A DNA stretch of 64,000 bases, taken from the NCBI GenBank assembly GCA_043228905.1, contig JBHGNT010000001.1, forward strand, positions 19,592,001 to 19,656,000. The letters are read 5' to 3'. The position numbers were made by a program, and so were the translations under genes. This document shows, one piece after another, positions 1 to 10,340 of this stretch. Source of the stretch: Azolla caroliniana (lineage: Eukaryota; Plantae; Polypodiophyta). Each line of letters begins with the position of its first letter. Within the stretch, counting starts at the first letter, position 1. Below the pieces are notes generated by a model. It saw only the letters and a program-made list of their open reading frames with translations, was not told the origin of the DNA and did no database searches.

Positions 1-367
1 GTTTCATATCCATGAGCAGGTCAGAAGATGATCTTGTCTTAAAAAGGTCTAGTCTAATGATGTTACTTAATAGTGATGTTGACGATATTATCAGTGTGCT
101 ATCTAATCTAAGGTAATTGGTGTTAGTAGAAAAAGTGTGTACAATACATTGAGCCGAATAGTTTCCTCGGGTGAAGGAACCAGTCTGCTAAAGCTAACAA
201 CAAGATGTAAGCCAACGACACCCATAACATCAGAAATCAAGGATATAATCACAATATTTTGGACTAATGAGAGTAGGGTTTCACCCAATAAGAAGGATTT
301 ATGCAGGAAACGTGTTGGAAGGAGTCAATACGAGGAGCATCCCATTCATCTTCTTGATGTACCTCAG
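1..367 (+). pseudogene. N-terminal exon fragment of a putative DNA transposase (possibly Sola2/CMC-like)
   Basis: ORF 137-415 (FWTNESRVSPNKKDLCRKRVGRSQYEEHPIHLLDVPQ) ends at a CAG|GTAC donor at 367/368. It resembles N-termini of bryophyte cut-and-paste transposases (recalled, not searched). No catalytic core is visible. Confidence 0.35.
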
Positions 368-409
368 GTACTTACATTTATCTCAACATTTGTTTTGACT
401 TTTGAGCTT

Positions 410-1860
410 AGTTAGTTAGCTTATTAGTTACCCTTGAATATGACCATAACCGAATAGCTAATTACCTACCTCAGAATATGCCCATAGCTAACTAGCTACC
501 AGTAATAGCTAATTAGCTCCCTAAGTATATCAAAATAGCTAATTAGCGGAGTATGGTATTAGCTAATTAGCTACCACTTAGCTACTGTACTAAACTATGG
601 TAGTAGCTAATTAGCTACCACTTAGCTAATGTATTAAACTATGGTAGTAGCTAATTAGCTACTCAACTAAAGTTTGATAGTAGCTAATTAGCTACCACTT
701 AGCTAATTAGCTACTCAACTAAAGTTTGATAGTAGCTAATTAGCTACTATACGAAACTATGGTAGTAGCTAATTAGCTACCACTTTGCTAATTAGCTACT
801 CAACTAAAGTATGGTAGTCCCTAATTAGCTACCACTTAGCTAATTAGCTATTGTACTAAACTATGGTAGTACCTAATTAGCTACCACTTAGCTAATTAGC
901 TATTGTACTAAACTATGGTAGTCCCTAATTAGCTACCACTTTGCTAATTAGCTACTGTACTAAACTATGGTAGTCGCTAATTAGCTACCTCTCAGCTAAT
1001 TAGCTATTGTACTAAACTATGGTAGTCACTAATTAGCTACCACTCAGCTAATTAGCTACTATACTAAACTATGGTAGTAACTAATTAGCTAATGTACTAA
1101 ACTATGGTAGTAGCTAAATAACTACCACTTACATAATTAGTTACTTTGCTAAAGTATGGTAGTAGCTAATTAGCTAACTGGTAGCTAATTAGCTACTGTA
1201 CTAAACAATGGTAGTAGCTAATTATCTACCACTTAGCTAATTAGCTATTGTACAAAACTATGGTAGTAGCTAATTAGCTATTGTATTAAACTATGGTAGT
1301 AGCTAATTAGCGAAGTGGTAGCTAATTAGCTACTACACTAAACTATGATAGTAGCTAATTAGCTACCACTTACCTAATTAGCTATTGCACTAAACTATGG
1401 TAGTAGCTAATTAGCTACCACTTAGCTAATTAACGATTGTACTAAACTATGGTAGTAGCTAATTAGCTACCAATTAGCTAATTAGCTATTGTACTAAACT
1501 ATGGTAGTAGCTAATTAGCTACCAGTTAGCTAATTAGCTACTGTACTAAACTATGGTAGTAGCTAATTAGCTACTGCACTAAACTATGGTAGTAGCTAAT
1601 TAGCTTCCACTTAGCTAATTAGCTACTCAGCTGAAGTATGGCAGTAGCTAATTAGCTATTGTAGTAAACTATGATAGCAGCTAATTAGCTAAGTGGTAGC
1701 TAATTAGCTACTCAGCTAAAGTATGGTAGTAGCTAATTAGCTACCACTTAGCTAATTAACTACATGTTAGGTAATTAGCTGCTACACTACAACCATAATA
1801 GCTAAATAGTTTCCACACTTTATACAGCTTACCTAATTCGCAATAATGGAACTAATTAGT
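410..1860. repeat. Tandem array built on the 14-bp palindrome TAGCTAATTAGCTA (array 1)
   Basis: Roughly 40 copies of CTAATTAG by eye, separated by recurring spacers (CCACT; TTGTACTAAACTATGGTAG). Outlying copies at about 3940-3995. Confidence 0.95.
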
Positions 1861-3800
1861 TACACTATGGTCACAAGCAACAATTTTACTTGTGTGTTTT
1901 CTCCACTCATCTAGGAGAGCTATACTACAATCCCCCAAACAGAATGCAGCAATGCGACATGCATATTTAAAACAAATGATATGGTATGTGTGCTGGCATG
2001 GTTGTAGGTGAACCAACAGAGTAGCAGATTTGTCCTCTACACGTAATCCACAAGCGATGCAACGTGCTTGAACAATCAATATATCGTTTCCTGGTTCTCC
2101 TTCATTTGGTAAGGGAGCAAGAATGTTCAGGTCCAATTCTTGTCTTCTCCTTACCATCCCCTCTTCAAAATGTAGCTGCTTCTTAAGGCAGCTAACTACC
2201 TGTTCTTGACGGGAGTATTGTTCCTTACGTAGCCGAGAAATTTACCGATTAATTATTCCTTAATGTGGAAGATACAACAACAAGAAACAAGAATCATTAA
2301 CTTACTTGTAGCTTTTCCAAATTGTAATCATCGACAGTATTTACACCTAGAAGGTCCAGGTTCATTGAAAGAACCTAGATCTCTGTCTGCAGTTGAATTT
2401 TCCGCTGGGGATCCAACGACCCCTCAATTTCAAGTTCATGTTGAGCAACCTGTTCCAGATAATGCCTTAGTAGCACATTTTCATGTGCAAGTTATTTATA
2501 ACATATTACATACTAGCAAAACAATAGGTACTTGAATCTTATTTCTGATTGTTGTAACTGCCAAAGTGACTTTGCTCTCCATCGCAGCAGGCAATGTTGC
2601 TTTCTCTAAATTAGTCTTAAAAAACTCCAATGTCTCACAGGCTTCATGGACATTTTTTAGCATATAGCTAATCAATGTCTCACCTGTATCATCGACATTG
2701 GCTTTCATTGTGTGTCGGTGTGGCGTATACTTGCGGGTTTGTTGGGAGTAAGCAGTTGCATCGTCAACTGCCATGCTCCAAAATCTTGCCATTTTTTGTT
2801 GCAAGCTCCCCATCTTCCAACATCTTTCTACCGATGCCTCACCATAAATTGCCCAAGCTACCCTGCACATATTAGGGTCACGAGATTCCTTCGGTGTTTT
2901 GCAATACTCGTATGCAAAAGCTCTGGCAAATGAAACGGACAACTCGTTGTTGACTGGGATCTCTTGATGTACTTTCTGGTGCAGTATCATGTAGTCGTCG
3001 TACAGGTCCGGTCGTACATGCTTGAGCTTGACCTTGCCTTTCACTAATCAATCTATTTGTTAGAACAGTAGGGTCAATACCCTCGAGCGACAGACCATAT
3101 ATGTTGTGAAAGTCCTCCTTTGTCTCGCAAAATTTTGCGAAGTTCAGCACTCTAGGATAGGGAGGAACGAGCCACCTGAAATAGAAAATCAATAATCAGA
3201 ATTGGTGCAAAAACAGAATTTTTAATGTGAATTTGGTGCAATATTACAACACTTTGAGACAGTAATCTGAAATTTGTAATTTGTTCTTTTCAACATGTAT
3301 CAGAAATCAACCACTTAAAAAAATCAGAAACCCTAATCAGAATTTGTCATGAGAATTGGTGCAAAATTACAACAGATTGCGACAGTAATAAGAAATTTGT
3401 AATTAGAAATTTGTAACCAGATACTTGCAATCTGAAATTTGTAATTAGAAACCCTAAACCACTTAAGGGAAACACAAACCCTAATCATCACTGAAGGCAG
3501 AAATCAACCGTACTACGAAATTCTGTCAATCAGAAACCCACCTACTGCTACACCCCGATCTTCGAGACATCCTTAAATTAGGAAAAAAAAAGTTTTTTTA
3601 ATATGTAACTGATACATACCTGGATGAGGATCGACTAGCTCGTGTGTTGTAGCTCTGAAGGTGCAATGTCGATCTCAGAGTTTTTGTGCTGCTGCGGGGG
3701 CTTCATCTGCGTTCATGCTTAGAGTACTCCATCTGTTTGGAGTTCGAACTCGAACTCAGGATTATCAAGAATTTGATGACATTCAAGTCGACCTTAGATG
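1852..3800 (-). pseudogene. Multi-exon gene with C-terminal RING-H2-like zinc finger (copy 1)
   Basis: ORFs 2878-3192, 2496-3044 and 1852-2157. The last reads CIAC-x17-CQHTYHIIC-x9-CLGDC. Collinear with 36867-38230. The 5' boundary is approximate. Confidence 0.6.
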
Positions 3801-4009
3801 ATGGCACTATTCCCCATGTTCCACTACGTCAGAAACCAAAGTTCAAATATTTGAGTATTCTCATCAATTAAATGACATGTATTTAACTAATAAGACATAA
3901 AATTTCGTAAACCATCCTTATGATTTTCCCACAAAAAGACTAGCTAAACAAATAGCTAATTAGCTGTGACCATTTTAGTAGCTAATTAGCTATAATAGTG
4001 TTTCCACTC

Positions 4010-4990
4010 GCATGCTTTCACCCTCATACAAAATTTTCATGATACATATACGGTTAGACATTTTGGTGGTACTAAAACCTTGGATTTAGTAACCTGATCA
4101 TTCTAGTGACCCCATATGTGAAGATTTGTCGAAGACTATGTTCGGACATCTGATACATGTTGCAGGGCAAAGATGCCTAGACATCATCTGTATGGTTTAT
4201 TGGAGCCATTACTGATTCCAAGTGTAAAAGGAAACGTGCAAAAGACACAGAGAACACAATCGGTATTCGGAAGTATAACAATTAGGTAAACACAGACTAA
4301 AGGTGAGAGAGAGAGAGTTTGAGTGAGTAGACTCAAAAAGTTTTTAATTTAAAAAAAGACTCACTTACATACATAGTGTTTATCTGCACTTTATATATAC
4401 AAGCCCCTCTGTCAAGGCTATTAAGAAGTACTGACATGTACTTCAATGCTCTTAAAAAGCATCTAACACTAATTTCCTATGTAGGATGTATTTAATAAAA
4501 TAGGTCTACTTGGGACGTGCGACGTTCCGGACGGCTTCCACAACCGCTCCGTCATTCGGTTTGAAACCCAGGCTAGAGCTTAGGCTTATCAACCTAAGTG
4601 GGCCTGGCCAACCGGATCGATTCCGGTTTGGCCTACCTGCTTGTCTAGCCGGTCCAGCCCATGTTGAGCTTGCTTGCTCAACACCAATCAAGCCGTAGCA
4701 ATCTATTTCTTTGGATTTTCTCATAGATCTTCTGAATTCTAAGGGCTTCAACGCTATCTTAATAGTGGTTGATCGATATACTTTTTGTTGACACATTTCT
4801 TGCCCTGCACTAAAGAGATCACTAGTGAAGACACCACAAGTATCATTATGCATGAAGTTTTTTAACACCATGGTCTTCCCGACACCATCATCAGTCATTG
4901 CAGACCTCAATTAATATCCAAAATTTGGAAGCATCTCTTCACAATGCTCAAGGTCACCTGCAACCTCTCTTCTGACTACCATCCCCAAAC
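4010..4990 (+). mobile_element. Degenerate Ty3/gypsy (chromovirus-like) integrase fragment
   Basis: Hand translation gives EDYVRTSDTCCRAK..YGLLEPL..QSISLDF..ILIVVDR..HHGLPDTIIS..YHPQT. Interrupted by a solo LTR at 4223-4683. Confidence 0.8.
4223..4683 (-). mobile_element. Solo LTR, copia family related to the 39389-43197 element
   Basis: TG...CA ends and TSD CCAAG/CCAAT (1 mismatch). Shares AGAAGTACTGACATGTACTTCAATGCT and the terminal ATGTTGAGCTTG with LTR 39389-39822. Confidence 0.8.
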
Positions 4991-6115
4991 ATATTTGAAA
5001 GAGAAGTGGAAAATGACAACGATGTGCGCAGAGAAGGAGAAGATGAAGTAGAGGGAGAAATGGCAACGATGTATGTGCGCGAGTGTGGGAAATGATGACA
5101 TTATGTGAGAGTGCGAGAATAACATGATGTATGTGTGAGTGGCCAGTTAGCAACAACATGCGTGTGCCAGAAAGCATGGTGTGAGATGCGACAACGAAAA
5201 TCAGCAGATAAAGAGTGGTGGCTAAACAACTGATGGTCGGATAGCCGCTACTAGACAACGAAGACGAACGACGGCTGAGCGGCGATGAAAGAGATGGACA
5301 ATGACGAAGACAGAGAAAATGGATAAAATAGCAACAGAGATGGGTGAAATGACGGTAGTGGCCAAACAACAAAACGATTGCAATGCCAGAATACATGACA
5401 AACGACCGGACAGCTGGACAACGCTAGATGGTGGAGGTTGGACAACGGCGGGAGACTGCAACCCTAAACCCTACACAACAGTTGAAGAGTAGGCAAAGAG
5501 TGGTCGGAAGGCACAGAGGTTGCCGGATGGGCCGTATAGAGTGTGGAGAGATGGCTGAAAGGGCTGGACAAAGACGAACGACAATGATGATGACCGGACA
5601 TGGCCGGTTAGTGACGAAGGAGCGCCGACTGGACAATGGTCGAACAACGATGGACTACGCGACTGAGAAAGCGATAGACGGGCTGAACGCAGATGGAGTC
5701 ATACAATGACGGTGCCGGTGGTGCCAAACAATGACAATGATAAGGAAAAACGACGGAGACAGAAACTAAGCGACAATGACATTGATGGACAAAGCGGTAT
5801 TGACCAGACAAAGGCCGAACGACAACGTCCGGAAACATGGTTGGGAAGACACAACCAGACGGGCCGGACAAACAATTGATGGCTGAACAGAGGACGGCTG
5901 GACAAGCAAGAATGAGATACCAAGTGCGACGGTCAGACGGGCTAGATAGAGACAATAGTGGCGATGACCGGATGACGGGCGACAACAATGGATGATGACG
6001 ACGACGACGACGAGCGACGGACAACCAAATAGAGATGAATGGACCGACCTAAACCCTAGCCACACCAACTAAGAGAAATGGAGAAGGAGAAGGAAACAAA
6101 GAACGCAAGAACAAG

Positions 6116-6217
6116 AGAAGAAAGAAAGAAAGATATATTAACGTCTTCTAAGACCAAAATTGGCCCATGAGACAATTGGTTTACAATAAAAATGGGGTAT
6201 TCACCCTTTCATCGAAG
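6116..6217 (-). repeat. Short dispersed repeat with GAAA-rich tail (copy 1), possible 3' end of a non-LTR retroposon
   Basis: About 85 bp (TCTTCTAAG.CCAAAATTGGCCCATGAGACAA...TTCATCGAA) closely matches 8500-8625. Confidence 0.6.
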
Positions 6218-7359
6218 AGAGAAACAAAGACAAAGAGAAAGAAGCCTAAAGCCTAAAGCCTAAACGAAGAAAGAAAACATAGGAAGAAGAAGAAGGAAGA
6301 AGGAAGACAAAGAAGAAGAAAGATAGAAGAATGAAGACAGAAGAAGAAATTGTGGAAGGAGAGAAAAAAAGAGTATAAAGAAGAAATCAGGGCGGGAAGA
6401 AAACGAGGAATGGAGGAATATAAATAAATAAATAAATAAATAAAAAGAGAGGGAAAAAGAGAAAAATAGGGGTATGCGACAAATTTCAAAACCTGAGGGT
6501 ACTGGATCGAATTTCAAAAACTCGAGTGTAATATAATTTTCAAAACCGAAGGGCATCAACGAAATTTCAAAACCTTGAGGGTACCAAACAAAAATTTAAA
6601 AACTTGGGGGAATAATACCTAATTTTAAAAATTCATCAATCTGGACGAAATGGACGAGATCAACTCACAACAACTCACAAAATAAAAGGAAGAACACACA
6701 TACACACAACATAATTTTGGACCAATGATGAAGTTCATGTGCTGACAGAACGGGAATGTTTATGTCGATGAAGATTTGCTACCCGAAGGAGATGTTTAGG
6801 TCAAGTTTTGTGATCGAGGGAGTCAACCAAATAAAGATGATGATCAAGGCATGTGGGATCAACGTGCAATGCACTGTCCCACGGGCGTGCCATGTGTCAC
6901 CATACAAAGATTTGAGTGTGATGAGTGAGGGTGAAAGATTATAGTGTTGTGTCAATGTGTAATGTATATGAGTACGAGTGTGAGTATATGCATGAGTGTG
7001 GACAGATAGGAAAGGGTGTGAATGAGTCATAAGTGTGTATGGCTAAAGGGGCATGTACCCCTATGTATATAATGCCATTGTATTATTTAACCCCTTATGG
7101 GGAATGAATGAATATGAAGTTCTCTCTCAATCTCTCTCTCTTGACGTGTCTTTCTCTTTCTCTCTCCCTTATGTTGAACCCCCATGGGAGGGGGGTGGAG
7201 CCATTCTAGGCACCACCCCCCACCCTGCAATGCAACATCTTCGCCATCTCTATCGCCATCAACCCCACAATGCTCATCATCACACCCACCATTTCTATCT
7301 TCATCATCAATCATCATCAATCATCATAATTATTAACCCTAACCCTAAACCAATAACAT

Positions 7360-7540
7360 GAGTACAAAGTTGCTGCCATCCTCCATTCCAAGATAGTTCG
7401 TATAAGCTCTACTATATTGGTGGATTGGTTAGGATATAGTCCAAGCGATCGTACTTGGGAACTAGATGAGAATGTGGCAAACGATCGAGCACTTCTTGAG
7501 GATTTCCATGAGCAGTATCCAAATAAACTAGGTCCTTAGT
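7360..7540 (+). mobile_element. Chromodomain C-terminus of a chromovirus integrase
   Basis: EYKVAAIL.SK...YSPSDRTW..ENVAN.RALLEDFHEQYPNKLGP*, followed by a polypurine tract and LTR start. Confidence 0.75.
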
Positions 7541-7623
7541 CAAACACGATTAGTAAAACTCGTCGTTCAAAAAGGGGGATAGTGTCACGATTCATAAAAC
7601 TCGTCATTCAAAAGGGGGGATAG

Positions 7624-7948
7624 TGTCATGATATAGCCCCCCAAAAAAATGAACCTGCGACCTTATGTTACGCGGGTTGAGGCCATACTATTAGGATAAC
7701 AATTGTAGTACAAAAAATATTATTTTCATTTTCATTTCATTACAGAAAATTCATGCATATTCTAGATTACTCAAGAACATTCTAGAAACTTCAGGAATAC
7801 TCCTGATAATACTATAAATAGAGGCACATGGCACTATTTAGAACCAATTCGGTTCAACGCTAGTCTTAAGCCTCTTAGCTATCCTTGTACTCTTTTCATA
7901 TAATATAATTCTATGTTATCATACTTCTCTCTTCCACACACACACACA

Positions 7949-7986
<38 letters not shown>

Positions 7987-7995
7987 TGATTCTCT
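7624..7995 (+). mobile_element. 3' LTR (truncated) of the chromovirus
   Basis: PPT AAAGGGGGGATAG then TGTCATGATAT. Reverse-complement homolog of LTRs 10039-10340 and 18600-19037. Confidence 0.75.
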
Positions 7996-8110
7996 CACAA
8001 TCTCTGTCCCTTCTTGTTGAGAAACCAAAGTGTTGTCAGCTGACAAGCTAAACGCGTGCCGAAAACGAATCGGACTGAAGAAGACCCCATACCGGAGTGA
8101 AGGGGGAGAT

Positions 8111-8499
8111 TGTTGAGATATCGGTCCCTCCGAATGGGGATTAGAGAAGCCGAAGAAGAATGATCTGGATCGGAGCGTCCGGAAGGATACCTGGAAACTG
8201 GATCGGATGGACCCGGAAGGGGTCCAGTATCAACCGAAAGAGAGACAAATATGTAAATATGTTTCTTATGGGCCATTGAGGCCACATTTGTAAATAGGGC
8301 GTAAGTTATATAAGTATAAATATAACTTAGGGCAAATATAATAGTGCAAAATTGTCATTCTTAGTGCGATAGTCTCAGTTGTACAGAGAGAGAGAGAGAG
8401 TGAGAGAAACAGAAAGCATTTCCTGTTGTAACCGCTAGTAGGTGAAGATAGAGCTCGAGGTCATTGCCTCTAAGTCTCCCATTGTACCCTTCCTCCCTC

Positions 8500-8542
<43 letters not shown>

Positions 8543-8883
8543 AATATTAATGTCTTCTAAGGCCAAAATTGGCCCATGAGACAAATGATTTACAACAAAA
8601 TGGGATATTTACCCATTCATCGAAAGTAAAAAATAAAAATAAAAATAGAGTTTTAAGCTAAATAGTGCTAGTAAAATAAAATAACAAATATGTTCGTGGG
8701 CTCCTGTGGAGTGATAGTTGGAGTCTTGTGGGCTCCCATGGTTTTTCCTAATCAGGGTTTCCACGTTAATATCCTGTGTCACCTTGTTTTGACTGTGTAA
8801 GTGCATTCTATCTACAGTTTTATTTTTCTATTTATTCCATTGTGACATTGAGACTTGGTTGTGGCCGAGCACTATTCCGTACA
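8111..8883 (+). repeat. Upstream LTR of the copia element, with an ~200-bp insertion
   Basis: Aligns with 23295-23872 apart from 8500-8710. Confidence 0.9.
8500..8625 (-). repeat. Short dispersed repeat with (GAAA)n tail (copy 2), inserted in the LTR
   Basis: Absent from the cognate LTR at 23295-23872; matches 6116-6217. Confidence 0.65.
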
Positions 8884-9331
8884 AACTAGTATTAGAGCAA
8901 ACAACAAAGGGAAGAAAAAAAGGAAGAGACATTCAGTAGCATGTTCCAGCTCATCGGCTCCAACTATCCAGTGTGGAAGTTGAAGATGAGGGACATGTTA
9001 GTGGTGAAAGATCTTTGGCTGTCGGTATAGTTTGGGGATAAAAGACCGGATAAGATCGATGCCGTGAACTGGGAGATAATGCACATGAAAATGATGACAC
9101 ACATTCAATGCATCATCGATATGAGCCTTTACAATAACTTTAATGAAGAGAACAAGGCCAAGGAGCTTTGGGAGGAGATTGGCACAATGTTGGAGAACAA
9201 GAACGCCGTAAATAGGGTCTCGGTATTCTGAAAGATAGTGACGCTCTGGTATCAAGACGACGCCAACATGGTAGAGCATATGAACGCCTTCCAAGGGGTG
9301 ATAAACCAGACTTCCTCGCTTGAAGTACCGT

Positions 9332-10034
9332 TGTCGTGCCTTTCGGCTCCGGATCGTTGCGTGAGTCGGGTGGGAACCGCCGAGGTTTTGGACTAGGAGG
9401 AAGAGGAATACAACTTAAGGCTAGTTATGAATAGTAGAAAGAGAAGTAAGAGAGCAATCTCATGAATCCCACGAGTTTAGTGTATTTAAAAAAATATTTA
9501 GATTATAAGAGTAATTTAGATGGCAAAATTCGTGAATCCCACGAATATATTAGATTGATCAATCCTTGTATATTAATCAACAACCTTATACATATTTCTC
9601 TCCTCCTTATATAAAGATGGAAGAGGCTAAGCATGGCTTCATGATTTTCACCAAAAGTGTCCATGCACACTAAATGTGCATGTGATGCTTTGTCATTTCC
9701 TAAGTATAGGGCTCATGCACTCTAGATGTGCATGAGTCACTTTTAATGTCACGTGTAAATAAAATATTCACACCCTAAAGAATACATGATTTTTACCTTT
9801 TAATAAAGGTATGTGTAAATAAAGGTCTTATATATATTAAATCTATATGTATAACACTAAAGATAAGTTATTACAATGGTAAAGTTGAGGTTTATCTATG
9901 TGGAGGTGTAGGGTTCAAATCTTGCCCTATGCACGTGATAAATATTTTGATATATTATTTATTTATTTATATGTATCTAAAATCGGATATATTATTTTAT
10001 GGTTTTCACGTAGTGTGTGGACTACACTACGACA
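9332..10034 (-). mobile_element. Solo LTR of a gypsy family related to the 54962-62929 element
   Basis: TGTCGT...ACGACA ends and 4-bp TSD CCGT/CTGT. Internal segment resembles the reverse complement of LTR 54962-56037. Confidence 0.75.
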
Positions 10035-10038
10035 CTGT

Positions 10039-10119
10039 TGTTAGGAATAGCACTGAGATAGAGAGGAGATTAGTATGAAGAGATGAAGATTAGTACTAAG
10101 AGGAAAAGAGGGTGTAGAA

Positions 10120-10169
<50 letters not shown>

Positions 10170-10340
10170 ATGATGACAAAAGATATATTATGTAGAAAGA
10201 ATATACAAGGATAGTTAGGAGGCTTAAGACTAAAGTTGAACCGATTTGGTTCGAAATAATGCCTTGTGCATCCTTATATAGTGTTTTCAGGAGTACTCCT
10301 GAAGTTTCTAAAATGTTCTAGAGAAATCTGGAATATACAT
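10039..10340 (-). mobile_element. Truncated chromovirus LTR
   Basis: Homologous to 18600-18915, including the (GA)n tract. Cut at the hAT terminus. Confidence 0.75.

Noticed and set aside
410-1860. CRISPR array (palindromic repeats with spacers)
   Set aside because: The spacers are short and themselves repeated, there are no cas genes, and the context is eukaryotic.
4911-6560. Several overlapping ORFs of 60-160 aa
   Set aside because: Low-complexity GAC/GAA-rich sequence with no recognisable domain; probably non-coding transposon interior.
7053-7361. His-rich ORF
   Set aside because: It arises from CAT/CAC microsatellite-like sequence and has no domain support.
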